A stretch of DNA of 64,000 nucleotides from Azolla caroliniana (taxonomy: Eukaryota > Plantae > Polypodiophyta), in contig JBHGNT010000008.1 in assembly GCA_043228905.1 (NCBI GenBank), positions 9,362,001 to 9,426,000 on the forward strand, read 5' to 3'. The position numbers and the translations under genes are program-made. This document shows positions 1-12,899 of this stretch, piece after piece (the first letter of the stretch is position 1; every line of letters starts with the position of its first letter). The notes under the pieces are model-generated. The model saw only the letters and a list, made by a program, of their open reading frames with translations. It searched no databases and was not told where the DNA came from.

Positions 1-1836
1 CCGTTGTAATTTCATTAACGATTTTCTTTAATATGGTCTGCAATGTCTTGTTGGTGGATTCTGCAAACCCATTCGCCTGTGGGTAATATGGCGTACTCTT
101 CTTGTGGACCACGACGTAATGATGTGTTAGTTCACGAACCACCGTATTGAGAAAGTGGCTCCCTTGATCGCTGATAAGCTCAATCGGACAACCGAACCGA
201 CACCAGATGTGTTCGTAAAGGAATCTCGTCGTGACAGCTGCCGTATTCTCCCGTATTGCTTTTGCTTCTACCCACTTGGTGCAATAATCCGTGGCTACCA
301 ATATGTATTTATTGCCTGTACGTGCTGCCGCCGGTGTGAAGGGGCCTACAAAATCCAATCCCCACTTTTGGAATGGGTCTAACGGTAGTATGGGCTGGTG
401 AGGCATTCTTGTGCCCTCCGTGGGCTGGCCCATCCGTTGACACAAATCGCACTGTTTGCAATAATCATACGCATCCATCTGCGTAGTTGGCCACCATAGG
501 CCTGCTTGCCATATTTTCCGGGCCATAACATCGCCCGCGTAATGTTCGCCTACCGTGCCGCAATGAGCTTCCCGTAAGACCGCTTCTTTCTCATCCTGAC
601 GTACACCGTGTCGCCAAATGCCATCACTGCCTTTGTGATATAAGATTCCTTCTACCAGGCAGAAGTTACGGCTCCGGACGGCTAATTGCTTCTTCTCGTC
701 TGTGCGTAATTGTGGTGGGGGCAGTCCTGTAGTCAAAAAGTAGGTCATTTCCATGAGCCACCGATCCGTACATGCTTCCCCTTCTCCTGTTGCTATTCGG
801 AGGATATCAACATTTGGGAAGTCATCGCCGTCTTTTTTCACCGTTATCCAATTGACTCAAAAAGTCTGCTACCGCATCCTATGCGCCAGGTCGATGTTGT
901 ATTGTAAAATCGAATTCCTGAAGTAAAAGCATCCATCTAGCCAATTTGCTTGTTAGCGCCTGTTTCTCCACCAAATACAGCAACGCTGCGGAATTTACGC
1001 CCCAGCAGGTAATGCCTAAATTGATTAATGATGTATACCATCCCTAATGCTTCCCGCTCTGTCGTGGAATAATTGCGCTTTGTTGTCGATAGTTTGCGGC
1101 TTGCGTAGTACACTGGTCGGTACCAGTTAGGTTCTGTGAGTTGCATTAGCACGCTCTCGTTTGCTACGTGTGAGGCGTCGACAAATACGTGAAATGGCTT
1201 TGCCCAATCCGGTGGTTGGACGACCGATGCCTGCGTCAACATAACTTTCAATGCCTCGTAAGCTTTGTCTTCGGATTCCGCCTATTTAAAAGGGGTACGG
1301 TGGACGACTGCGTGTAATGGTGTAGCAAAATCCACAAGATAGCGTAGCATCCTACTATGCTAGCGTATTTGCCCTAGGAACCGGTAAGTGCTTTAACATT
1401 CGTAGGCGTGTTTGCTTGTATGATTGTGGAGATCTTGTTTGGGTCGACTGCTATTCCGTCTTTACTGACAATGTGGCCGAGAAAGGCTCCACTAGTGACG
1501 CCAAAGGCACATTTCGCGGGATTCAAGCTTAGACGTGAAACTCGGCAACGTTCCAAGCAAAGGCGGAGGTGGTGGAAGTGTTCGGCAGCCTTCCCATAGA
1601 CCGCAAAATCGTCTAGAAAATTACTGCATGAAGGCGGGTATGTATTCTCCGAAAATTTCTGTGATTGTTCCTTGGAATGTTGCAGGTGTTGTCTTAAGTC
1701 CAAACATCATGACTACAGCTACATAGACTCCCTAGTCGGTGACAAACGCCGTTTTCTCCTGATCATCAGGGTGCATGCGTACTTGGTTATATCCGCTGAA
1801 CCCATCTAAAAAACTATACATGTCATGCCCAACGAC
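1..1836 (-). mobile_element. Degenerate Ty3/gypsy pol fragment (RT-RNase H-integrase), running off the window start
   Basis: Minus-strand RT motifs FLDGFSGYNQ and FLDDFAVYG (ORF 1374-1703), RNase H FHVFVDAS...NYSTTEREALGMV (ORF 937-1251) and integrase sequence near 1-420. Contains stops and frameshifts. Confidence 0.9.
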
Positions 1837-2020
1837 TGTTAAGGATCTATGTATCGATGGAGTAAGCTCCTCGATGTCGTGGCAGGATTCGGACTGGCGT
1901 ATACCCTCTTGATGGCGAATAGGGTGGAGATGGTTGTCGGATACCTCCGACCCTCACACTCACTTAACGATTAGTAAATGATTGAGCACTATATCTCCCT
2001 TACTCTCTCAAGCTCTCTCT
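1837..2020 (-). mobile_element. Terminal (R-U5-like) fragment of an LTR from an unidentified element
   Basis: Interrupts the gypsy RT exactly at TGTT (1837), i.e. ...AACA on the minus strand. It has a GA-rich tract and no partner LTR in the window. Confidence 0.5.
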
Positions 2021-2056
2021 CATACGGAGTCTGTCCGGAAGATGAAGGGAGCACTT

Positions 2057-2488
2057 GCCAAGGGCCCTCTAGGCTATATTTGTAAATAGCCCGAAAGTCA
2101 TATGTGTATAAATATGACTTAGGGCAAACAGTTTTGTAGTTGTTGCTCATTTTTCTGTTTTCCACTTAGAGGGAGCGAAGTGAGAGCAGCCGAGAGAGAG
2201 AGAGTGAGAGAGAGAGAAAGGAAGAGGTCGACGCCTCTGTGTAATACCGCCGCCTGTGGCAAGGACAGCGAGCTCAAGGTCGTCGCCTTGCAGCTCGCCA
2301 TTGTACATTCCCTGCGTATAGTGATTGTTGGAGTCTTGCACTCCCGTGGTTTTTCCCGTCTAGGGTTTTCCACGCTAAACCCTGTGCATTCGAGTCTCTC
2401 TCTGTGTTTTCGATTTACTGCTGCATTGACTCGTGTGTCCTCGGTTGTGGCCGAGAGGTGAAGGTTTTGAAAGCGTCAATTTCTAACA
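2057..2488 (+). mobile_element. 3' half of a copia LTR of the element-E family
   Basis: Closely matches 40761-41150 (GGCTATATTTG..AAATAGCCCGAAAGTCATATGTGTATAAATATGACTTAGGGC, GA tract, GAGGTCGACGCCTCTGTGTAATACCGCCGCC). Ends in TTCTAACA at 2488. Confidence 0.85.
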
Positions 2489-3221
2489 GGATAGGGGATG
2501 ATAGATCTCATTCCTAAAAGTGGTGGGAATGCCAACGACATTAGCAAGTGGCGGCCCATAACTCTTCTCAATATTGTCTATAAGTTGCTCGCAAAAATTG
2601 TGGCACGCCATTTAACACCACTTCTCCCTCAACTCATTCATCTGTCCCAGACAGGTTTCGTTAGAAATTGGAGCATCCTAGACAACCTCTTCTCATTCTG
2701 GGAAGCAATAGCCCTTGCCAAGCGTACCAACAACAAGGTAGTGGTGGTGCTACTAGATTTTGAGAAAGCATATGACAGGGTATGCTGGAACTTTCTAGAA
2801 AGTGTGATGGGGAAACTCGGCTTTCAAGAGATATGGATCAAAGGCATTGCAAGACTTTATAGGAATGGCAATAGTTGCATTTCATTGGCAAGTGAAAGGG
2901 GCCCATTTTTCCGAATATCCCAATCTGTACGACAAGGATGCCCACTAGCCCCATCGTTATTTCTATTATACGCCGAAGCACTCTCTTGCTTTCTCAACTC
3001 GCGGGATCTCAACCTACGTGGTCTTCCCGTACCTCATTCTCACCAAAGCATCATGGATATAAAATTTGCAGATGACACAACGGTCTACCATGCAGGACAA
3101 TCTCCAAGTAAAGTATACATCAGATTCAACGACTAGTCCGCAACTACATTTGGTCTGGTAAGGAAGACCATGTAGCTTGTGCCAAGGTGGCGTGGCCTAT
3201 ACTCATAGCGCCTAAGTCAAG
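2489..3221 (+). mobile_element. L1-like LINE reverse transcriptase fragment (ORF 2498-3136), internally deleted
   Basis: Motifs WRPITLLN..YK, QTGFV, LDFEKAYDRV, SVRQGCPLAP, FADD. After a deletion the frame reads RNYIWSG...AKVAW, typical of non-LTR ORF2. Confidence 0.9.
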
Positions 3222-3469
3222 TGTTGTTCGCCGGAATAGTAACCGACAAACAGGAGCGTAGAAATATAGAATATAGTAAAATTGTAACGCATGTAAACGG
3301 TTCACGCGGGATGCATGAACGGCTAAAAAGACCCTATGTATATAACGGGCAAAAATTTAATAGAGTTCAATCTTCTCTTATCCCTGTTCGTATCTGTGGT
3401 TAATCTACTATGTGTCTGTGATTCTTGGTGGTGTAGCGTAGTCGTAAGAGCGTAGGCTTGTGTTCAACA
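3222..3469 (+). mobile_element. Solo LTR related to the LTR of gypsy K (12611-12899)
   Basis: TGTTG...CAACA termini. Shares TGTTGTYCGCCGGAATAGTAACCGAC, GGTTCACGCGGGA and ATCTGTGGTTAAT with the reverse complement of 12611-12899. Flanks differ, so no TSD. Confidence 0.8.
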
Positions 3470-4038
3470 GAAAATTTTCCTAATGTTTAATTTCCCCATC
3501 TCTAATGTGAGATAACGCAAAGCTAATTTACAAACTCGCCCATCCCTATTTCAACTCTTCATATACTCAAATTACATCAAACTGGTGAGGTAACAAGCTT
3601 GAAACTACCTAATTAATTTCTCTCTCAAACTAGCTTTATTTTTAAACATATCATTGCAAGCTCTCAAACAAGGGTAAGAGCTTACCGTAGGAATCATGTC
3701 CTCATTATATCCACTTGTTTGCAAATACAATGTCCAAAACCTTGGCATAAAAGGCTAACTCCTTCCACTTTGTATCCTAATGGGAACACGTCCAAAGAGT
3801 TAGGACTTAATATATAAGTAATAACCTAATGTTGTAAAATGAATTCTTGATCATTCTTGTATCTAGAGTCTTTGAGAGAGAGAGAACAAAAATAATGAGA
3901 GCTTCCATTAAAGGTTAAGTGCACGTCCATCTTCTTGCCCTCGATGTTTTTGTGTTGTTTGCCGAGCATAGCTCAAGAAGTCCTTACATATATTTCCGCA
4001 CATATTCGAACACAAAATCCATCAAGAGGTATCAGAGC
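3470..4038 (+). mobile_element. Putative 5' LTR and tRNA-iMet PBS of copia A (LTR start uncertain)
   Basis: LTR-like end ...CCATCA at 4024 followed by a degenerate PBS (A)GGTATCAGAGC at 4027-4038. TATA-like and GA tracts lie upstream, and gag ATG is at 4125. Confidence 0.5.
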
Positions 4039-4305
4039 GACTTGTTGTTCAGCGGCAACAAAAACAACTGAGACAACTAAAAGAAAAGGCCAGGTCCGTA
4101 AAATCTCACTTTGAAAAGAAGAACATGGCTTCTACATTGGGAACTGGAGTTGAAATCCGAAAGTTCGATGACAAAAAAATTTTCTTGTGGAAGGAGATGA
4201 TGCAGGATGTGCTAATCATCAGAGGACAAGTCGAAGCCATTTGACATAGAGAAAAACCTGCTACAATGTCAACCAAAGAGTGGAGATCCATAGACGAAAT
4301 CACGC

Positions 4306-7300
4306 TGTCGTGAAGAAAACCGTCCCCAGGTGCAAACCGTGTATAGTGTGTGTGAACCGGCCCTTACACGGGGGCACGTCCCTTGTCGTATAGTAGATAG
4401 GTAGGCACACAGGTTAAATCCTAGGTAGCAATATTCTGTAAGGGAAATCGAGGAGTATCTCTGTTTGAAAGGACAGAGAATTAATGTGATGTAAACGGGT
4501 GAATGGCCTCCCTCCTTGAGCTATAAAGGAGAGGGAGACGGGGGGAGACGGGGGGAGACTTCATGGAGTGGGTGGAGACCCCCGACAAAGGAAGGAACGC
4601 GTCAGTGCTCCTTCGGGAGTTTGAGGACCGTGCGGAAAAACGGGTCCGGGAGGTAACCGGGTGGAAGAAAAGACGGGCTTCGTCGAAGCCGCTTGTCAAA
4701 ATTATGAGGCTTTGGTGGAGGACAAGCGGGTAGGGAAAACCAGAGGGGCCGGGCCCTCACAACGATATGAAACTCGGTCTGGGCAAAGGCGGAATGAGGT
4801 CGATGCGACCGACGCCTAGGATAATCCCAAGAGGGGCGGGTACCGGCTGGGCACAGAAATCGAAAGATCCACAGACCTGCAAAAGGTCTTGGAAGAACGA
4901 ATGCTCGACAACAAGTTGGAGCTATCGCTAAGGGAAGTGCTCGGGATCGCCAAGAAGGAGTTCCACGACTCCATCGTAGACTTGGTGAAGAGGAAGAGGC
5001 TGTTGACAGAGACAGAACCGGAGAAGCCGGTGGAGGTGCGAACGACGCACATAGAGGGCATGGCACTGGAAGACGAGTTGGCGGAGAGCCACTATTCGAG
5101 GCCGCACTGGACCAGAGCGACCATGGAGACCCCCGTGAAGATCGGAGATGTTCATGAACCGGTGGTGGCGTTGGTGGACCACGGTTCAGAAATCAATTTG
5201 ATGTCCATGGACTTCTATAAGAAGGGGAAGTGGCCGATCAACACCAAGCACGGGTGGAAGATACGGGCAACAACGCGTGCCACCGTAGAATTGCATGGAG
5301 CCTGCCCGAATGTACGAGTAAAGATTGGCAATGTCGAGATTGACCAGCACTTCTTCGTGCAGGAGACGTCCTCACATCCAGTTATACTAGGAGAACCGTA
5401 CATCACGGTAGCACGGATGGAGACCAAGGTGCTGGACAACGGCTCGGCCTATGCAAGGGTCAAGATCCAGGATGGGTGTCACTGAGTCCAGTTCCTGACG
5501 GTGAGACCGAACCATGAGAGGAACCGCGAGACCCTCGGGGGCGAAAGCCGAGAGGATTTTTAGAGAGGGCTATCAAGGCGCGGGGCTGCGATAGTCCGGA
5601 CACTCCGGGAAAACCCCACAAATGTACGATAGCGGAGAAGACCTGTACTATACGTAGGAAATTTTGGTTCTCTGACAACGGAGGATGTACGATAGTCGAC
5701 GTTGTTGGACGGAAGAAGAAAAGGGAAGAGGCGGTCTCTTTCGACGATACCGGTATGCGAGAGGTAGTCGGAGGAGTCCTTAAAGAGGACTGGACGATTC
5801 CGGTATGTTCGGAAAGGATGTACGAAGTCATCGCCGACTTTAGTAGAGGGCTCGAGTCGGATCGGACAGCCCGGGTGGACATGAGGTACAAGACTGTGGA
5901 CCGGAAGGTGAGGTCAGTCGCGGCTCCCTTGCCGGAGGGCAGCGAGTTGCGAATAAAGGGGGTTTACGAAATCCGGCCCGCATAGGACACACGTTCACCG
6001 ACATAACGCTGCGCGAGCTCAAAATCGGTGGGGGCGGCTTCCTACTGCTGGCGAAAGAGGACCATTTTCGGGAAATGCTCGGAAGGCACGGGAAGGCCTT
6101 CGCATTCTCACCGGAGGAGATCGGGTGCGTAGACCCGACAGTCGTGGAACCGATGGTGATATTCACGGTACTACATGTGCCGTGGAGTCTCAAACCGATT
6201 CTAGTACCCAGAGCTCACATCCCGAAGTTGATGGAGCTGTTAAAGCAGAAGGTCGAGATGGGAATCCTCGAACCGTCGAGTGCCCCATACTCGAATCGGT
6301 GGTTTACCGTGCTGAAGAAGGACGACATGTTGCGCTTTATTCAAGACCTGCAGCCGGTCAACAAGGTGACCATTCGAAACGCAGGAATCGGACCGACAAT
6401 AGACGAGTTCGCGGAGGCCTTCGCCGGAAGGTCGATTTACTCGGTAGGTGATCTCTACTCGGGGTACGATCAGTTCCAGCTCGCCGTAGAGAGCAAAGAC
6501 ATCATGACAATGCGAACTCCTCTCGGCCTAGTACGGATGTGTACCCTGCCGCAAGGAGGGACGAACTCGGTGGTTCACATGGTGAACGCAATGAACAAAG
6601 TGCTGAGGGATTGTATCCCGGACATCACCATGCCATTTTTGCACGACGTCCCGATCAAGGGATGCCCGGTGGAGGAAAGGGACGAGACGATCAGACCGGA
6701 CGGATGCCGGAAATTCGTGGCGACACACATCGACGACTGCGAGAAGGTGCTGTAGAGGTTGGAGGGCGCGAGGCTCACCTTCTCCGGGGGAAAGTTGGCC
6801 TTCGGGCAATCAGAGATAATGGTCGTCGGACACCTATGCGGGCCGTACGGCTGGAAACCGTCTCCGGATAAGGTAGAAGCCATCTCAGCGATGAAGAACG
6901 ACTGTAGCTCGGTCACGGAGGTTCGGAGGTTCTTGGGAGCGTGCGCGTTCTACCACATATGGATCCCGCATTACGCTCACGTCGCGGAGCCGTTATAGGG
7001 GTTGCTGAAAAAGGGGCGAAGATTCGAGTGGAGAGACGAGCATACGGAGTCTGTCCGGAAGATGAAGGGAGCACTTGCCGCGGCTCCGGCGCTTCGAAAG
7101 GCGGTCTATGGAAAGAGCACTCCCATGTACGTAACGGTAGACACGAGTCCGACCGGGATCGGATGGGTCGTCAACCAGGAGGACGAGGATGGCATGCGTT
7201 CCCCGATCCGGTTCGGCGCGAAGGTCCTCAGTGAGCGACAGCGAGGATACACCCAAGTTAAACGCGAGCTCTGGGGTATCGTTTCGGCGGTAAAGACCGA

Positions 7301-9698
7301 CAAAAACTACCTGATCGGGGCAGAGGTAATTATCGAGACGGACTGCCTGCCAATTCTTGGCATGGTTTCCGGATGCGCGACGCCGGACCTGGCAATGCTC
7401 AGGTGGATAGCGTACATCAAGTCCTTGAATCCGGGGATACGACACATTTCCGGGAAAGACAACACCATGGCCGACATGCTTTCAAGGGCAAGGGTCGAAA
7501 ACAACGGCGGCATGGTTTCAGAGGACGAGGAAGTCGGCGTGGACTTCTTCGAGGCGGCTTACGTGACAACCAATGGGGAATGCTCTCCAACGTTTAATGA
7601 CTTCGACGTGACAACCAATGGGGACTGGCTGCAGATCGGCGGGTTCCTAAAAACGATGACACCGGACGCGGCATGGACAACGGACGAGGCCAACCGGATT
7701 CGGAAGAAAGCCTACCGATTTTTTCTCCGGGACGGATACATCTGGAAGCACCCGAAGAAGAGGAATGGCATCCCGCTCCGAGTAGTGGCGAAGAAGGAGG
7801 AACAGGAGGATTTGCTAGCGGCGTACCACGATAGCCCGTGGGCTGGACACCGTGGAACGTGGGCCACGTTCGAAAAGCTAAAGGGGAAGTACTGGTGGCC
7901 CGGACTATACCGGGACGTGCATCGGTTCGTGACGACTTGCAAAAGCTATCAGGTGCACTCCATGATTCGACATCGGGACGAGCTTCACCCGACCTACCCT
8001 CCGACCATCCACTTCAAGTGGATGGTGGATTTGGTGACGATGCCAATGGGGGTAGGACAGATGCGGTATCTGGTGCTGGCTCGGGAAGATCTAACGAACC
8101 AGGTTGAAGGCCGAGCCCTACAGAACAAGACGATGGCAGTTGTGTGCTGGTTTTTTATTGAGGACGTAGTGTGCTGATACGGGTGCGTAGGGAAGATCGT
8201 GGCTGACCGTGGTGAGTTGGACGCAGAAGAAGCCGAAGAGTTGTTCGACCAGCTAGGAGTCAAACTTTCGCTCACCACAACGTACAATCCAGAGGCGAAC
8301 AGGAAGGTGGAGTGCGGACACGGGCCAATTGTCAAAGCGCTAGTACGGCGTGCGGAGGCCGAGTCGGGGACTGGCCACGGCTACTACCTTATGCCTTGTG
8401 GGAGGACCAGACTACGCACAGTTCGGTAACCGGGTTCATGTCGGCCGAGCTGATGTTCGGACAGAAGACGATCATGCCAACAGAGCGAATGATCTCCTCG
8501 TGGGCCACGGTGGACTTGAGGAATGAGATGAGCCGGGAGGAACTATTGGCGGCGCGGAGTCGATAGCTCGAGCGGAGGCCGGAGGACGTAGAGCGAGCCG
8601 CGGAGAAAAACTTCGGGTAGCGAGGATAAGGAACAAGGCCGGTTCGACCTAACACACCAGCTCCGGCCAAGGAAGATCGAGGAAGGCGACTGGGTGCTAG
8701 TCTATGACAGCAGCCTCGACAATCAGCACAGTGCCATGCGGAAGTTTGCGAGGAGGTGGTTCGGGCCTTACGTAGTTACAGGCGCCAACGGCAATGGGAC
8801 GTACCATCTCGCGGAGCTCGACAGTACGAGAATGGCGATACCGGTAGCGGGGAAGAGGACCAAAACGTTCAAGAAACGGCACGACAGGGAGCCGGAGCTA
8901 GGTGGCATGGACAACAATGACGAGCAACCCGAGGTGGAGGACGAACCGGTTAACGAGGAGTAAAAGCAAGGACCGGTTTTTTCCCATAGGGACCCAGTTT
9001 CGCGGTTAGGTGGGGGCGGATGTCGTGAAGAAAACCGTCCCCAGGCGCAAACCGTGTATAGTGTGTGTGAAGCAGCCCTTACACGTGGGCACGTCCCTTG
9101 TCCTATAGTAGATAGGTAGGCACACAGGTTAAATCCTAGGTAGCAATATTCTGTAAGGGAAATCGAGGAGTATCTCTGTCTGAAAGGACAGAGAATTAAT
9201 GTGATGTAAACGGGTGAACGGCCTCCCTCCTTGAGTTATAAAGGAGAGGGAGACGGGGGGAGAGAGGTATCGCGCGCTAGAGGGGAGGAAGTGCTGCCGG
9301 ACTGGGACCGAGCTCTTCTTCTCTGTCATTCTCCATAGCTTTCTTTTGCGCAGGTTCTCAGGAGATTGATCCTGCTGCGTGGAACGCCTGTGTGCTTCCG
9401 GCAGGATCTCCATCTTTCTCTCCTGTGTGCATGGGTGATCAGGCATCGACATCCACCTCGCCGACCTGGTCGGCTGTAACCGTTCGAGTCATCTACATAC
9501 ATTTATATACATACGCTAGTGTTCTCAACTCGTGACTCCTGTGTTGTTGGGTCGCGTCCCCGTGCACCTCTCTATCTATACGTGTGTGAGCGTCTCTCTC
9601 TCTCTCTCTCTCTCCCTCTCCCTCTTCTCACCTATTCCTCGGTCCAAAACCCCAGTGGTCCCGCCTTGTTCTCCACGCACGCGCGTAACAACGTGACA
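4306..9698 (+). mobile_element. Ty3/gypsy element L (non-chromovirus), with 5' LTR/gag deletion and 4-bp TSD ACGC
   Basis: TGTCGTGAAG starts at 4306 and 9021. The 3' LTR (9021-9698) ends GTGACA and the PPT GGTGGGGGCGGA is at 9009-9020. ACGC occurs at 4302-4305 and 9699-9702. The 5' LTR is cut at about 4548 and fused to gag via GAGACGGGGG microhomology. Confidence 0.93.
4889..8963 (+). pseudogene. Gypsy L pol: aspartic protease, RT, RNase H, integrase (several stops and frameshifts)
   Basis: ALVDHGSEIN (protease), DLYSGYDQ and LPQGGTNS (RT), VTVDTSPTGIG...QVKRELWG (RNase H), HDSPWAGHRG and YNPEAN (integrase). Confidence 0.92.
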
Positions 9699-10014
9699 AC
9701 GCGCTCCACCATCCGAATACATTTGACCGAAAACATCTACTTCAGCATGGCCAAGGAGACGACAACGTTCTCATTGTGGGTGAAGCTGTAGCTGTGTACG
9801 AAAAGAAGTCCTCATCGTCGAAATTGGTATTGATAAGACAACTATTCAACATGAAGATGAGGGAGTCGGACCCAACCACCTCTCACATCAACACCTTCAG
9901 CCGAGTGTTGTCTAAACTCTCTTGCCAAGGGATTAACTTAGAAGAAGAAGTGAAAGCCCTTGTCCTCCTATCGAGCTTGCCGGTGAGATGGGAGGTATTC
10001 TGCATGACATTTGC

Positions 10015-12899
10015 CTCTGTCGTGGCATATTCTGTCGGGGTTGTGATGACGTCGATTTCGAACAGCGGAATAATCCGAGGGTGCTCGTCTAGGTATGCCT
10101 CTAATTCTGTATCATCCACCCCAGCCAACATATTTATATCTTCCGCGTATAATGGTGTTATACCCTTGGATTGGGTCGCCCTTTCCTCCGTTGGTACGCG
10201 AACCTTGGTGCGTCCATGTCGAAAACTGATACACTTGTTACCAGCTCTGCTTGATATTCGCTACACGAAACTACAGTTTGCCCAGCAGCACAGGGTAGAC
10301 CCCTGGGGCGTCCAGAGTGAGGACTACCGCCGAGATGTCGAAGCGGTGTCCTCCCACGATAATCCCTACCTTGCGTATCAACCCCAATGGTTGTACTGAG
10401 CGGGTATCTGCCATACGGAGCCAAAACGGGCAAGCCTCCCATTCTGAAATTCCTAACTGTTTGCATGTTTTCGCGCTAATTACATTAACTCCTGAGCCGC
10501 CATGGATTACGCATCCTGGGATTTCTTGGCCATGTAATATCAACTTAATAGTCGGGTTGTGGTGATCTACTACAGATGGTCTGTCGCTAATGTCCGTGAA
10601 ATTCATAGCGACGCTCACCCCAGGTATGCCCGTCACCCGCTCTTCCACGGTCTAATGGAAGTGTGGGACTGGTTGCAGGAGCTTCTCCATGGTTAATGTT
10701 ATCTCGCAGCTTGCCTGTGCTTGCCAAATGGGGTCCGGGGCTGGTCCTTCGTCCTCCACTAGCTTCATCGTGTTTGCGGATTCCTTCCGCATGCGTTCCG
10801 TATTTGTCGTGTTTGCTTTATCAACCCATGCATGGGTTGTTCGCCGTATCTCATCTTGCGCGGCCCAATCAACCGTTTTTGTTTCCTGACATGTCGTGAC
10901 TTGCTGCACTTCTGCCGTAATCGTATTGACGGCGGGCCCCTTGCCCTTGCGTATTGGGCAATGTGTGGCATAATGTCCAGGCTATTGACAAACAAAACAA
11001 TGGATGCTAGATTCACCCTTCTCGGCCCTTGGTGGTGTGTGCCGATCCCCTGGTGCGACTTGCTCCTCACGGTCCGGCTTCGTTTGTCGGAGCGTACACG
11101 GTGGTTGTTGTTGGTCCCGACGTGGTTCTTGGTGCCGGTCATCATCCGAGCTTTCGTTATATCGCCGATAGTCCCGATATTGTTGCTGCTTTCCACGAGG
11201 TCCGTTGAAGCTGCCACATTTGTTTGTCGGCCGGTAATTCTCATAGTGCCGGCCCCCTTTTGTATACCTGGGGGGACCACGGTAGTCCTCATCCTCTGGC
11301 TCGTCTTCCTCGGAATCGTTGTGATTCCGGCGATTCCGGTAGTGCCGGTCGTCACGTGGGTTGCGATCCATATACCGTGGTCGGTCTTCCTACCTCCTTT
11401 GTTCCTTATGGCGTGGGGGACGATGTGTGTCCATGCTGCGTACTGTGGGTTTGGCTCTGTTCAACATATTGTATTCGCACTGCTCAACTGTGTGAGCTTT
11501 CGAGTGACAGATTGGACAGTGGATTCGCATGTTGCACTCCACTACGGAATGCCCCGAATTCAAGCAAATCGTGCACTGGATTGCTTGACGAAAATGTCGT
11601 TCATCGTCATGAGGTAACGCTTGTCATAATGAGGACATGGAAAACCTTTCCTCATCGTCATCCAGCTCAAGCTGTAGCGCTCGTTCGATGACCATATCAG
11701 TCGTTTCCCCTTTCATGCTATTGTTGTTGAGTGTTGTCCGTATGGGTCGGCGTAATGCCACCAGAAATGTCTCCCTAGCCTCTTCCTCCGTCGGGCCCCG
11801 TTATAATTTCCGTCGTAAATTTTGGAAACGTAAGCTGAAATCTGCGATCGTCTCGGTCGGTAACTGCTTAATTGTGTAGAACTGCCCGAGGATTTCGTGT
11901 TGTGGAACCCTCCGATGGAAGAACCGCAAAAAGGAGGACTGCAACTGGTCGAAGGTTGTGATTGCTGGCAGATCCATTTGCAAATGCCAAAACGCCGCTC
12001 GCCCATCCAATGTTAACCCGAACTCCGTCATTTTGGACTGGTGCACTATTGCCTCAGAAAGGTTCTGCACCATGTGGTTTGCATTCCAGACATTGAGGAA
12101 TAGGCGAATGTGGGTTGCGGTGTCGGTTTCGCCGTTAAAGCGGGGATAGGCAAAGGCCATGCTGGGGGCTACGGCGGGCAGGGAAAGACCACAGTACTAT
12201 TGTGGTGAGCGCGCTTCCCGCGTATCGTGGAGATATTTGGAGAGCGGGAAATCACCTTTGTGGTTCCGACAGGTATTGCTGAGGTCGTTGAGGCGAGGCT
12301 TTCGCCGTACGCGTTCCTCTGCCTAGCGTGTGATGGACCTTGTGATTGGCCGATCTGGTTGTGTTGGTTCTTTGGGGCGTATACGACTAAATATCCATTC
12401 GTCGATGTTCGTATGTGAGAAGACACAAAACACTAAGCATGCCAAAAGTGTTACTGATTAGGAACGCTGTCTATGGTCAGTCCTTTGACCTAGACTTTCA
12501 AGTGACTATGTGCCAACGAATGGTAGCGTCTGTGCGTAATGCTTAGGGGGATACTTCCCGTAACCTAGCAGTGTATACGGGAGATGGCTACAACTGAGCT
12601 CCTTAGACAATGATCTAGTGCGCACACCGCCACTCACTCCTACGCTCTTAAGAATTACAGACACACAGTATATTAACCACAGATGCACACAAATATCAGA
12701 GAAGATAGGATTCTATTACAATATGCCTTTTCATTAAAAATTACACCCTACCCTCTCTCAGAGGTTTTCTGCACTTTATATATGCAGGGTCTTTTAGTCA
12801 TTCATACTTCCCGCGTGAACCATTACATGTGTTAGAATATCAGTTTCTTTCCATATTACTGCGCTCTTTGTCCGTCGGTTACTATTCCGGCGGACAACA
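10015..12899 (-). mobile_element. 5' part of gypsy K: LTR (12611-12899), gag with CCHC knuckle, protease
   Basis: LTR TGTTG (12899)...GATCA (12611). Gag MAFAYPRFNG...AAFWH...FYTIKQ (11801-12160), CFVCQ*PGHYATHC near 10960-11000, protease VIHGGSGVNVIS (10271-10648). Truncated at about 10015. Confidence 0.85.

Larger units (their letters stand above)
4125..10014 (+). pseudogene. Copia A gag, split by gypsy L (coding pieces 4125-4305 and 9703-10014)
   Basis: The frame runs ...IDEITR|STIRIHLTENIYFSM across the insertion. KLVLIRQLFNMKM...HINTF...LLSSLP..WE is copia gag (UBN2-type). Confidence 0.85.

Noticed and set aside
1837-2488. Single solo LTR (TGTT...AACA)
   Set aside because: No TSD, unrelated flanks and an internal 39-bp filler indicate two fused LTR fragments.
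10832-11617. 261-aa hydrophobic ORF resembling a membrane or env protein
   Set aside because: It is the antisense shadow of the R/D/E-rich gag region of gypsy K.
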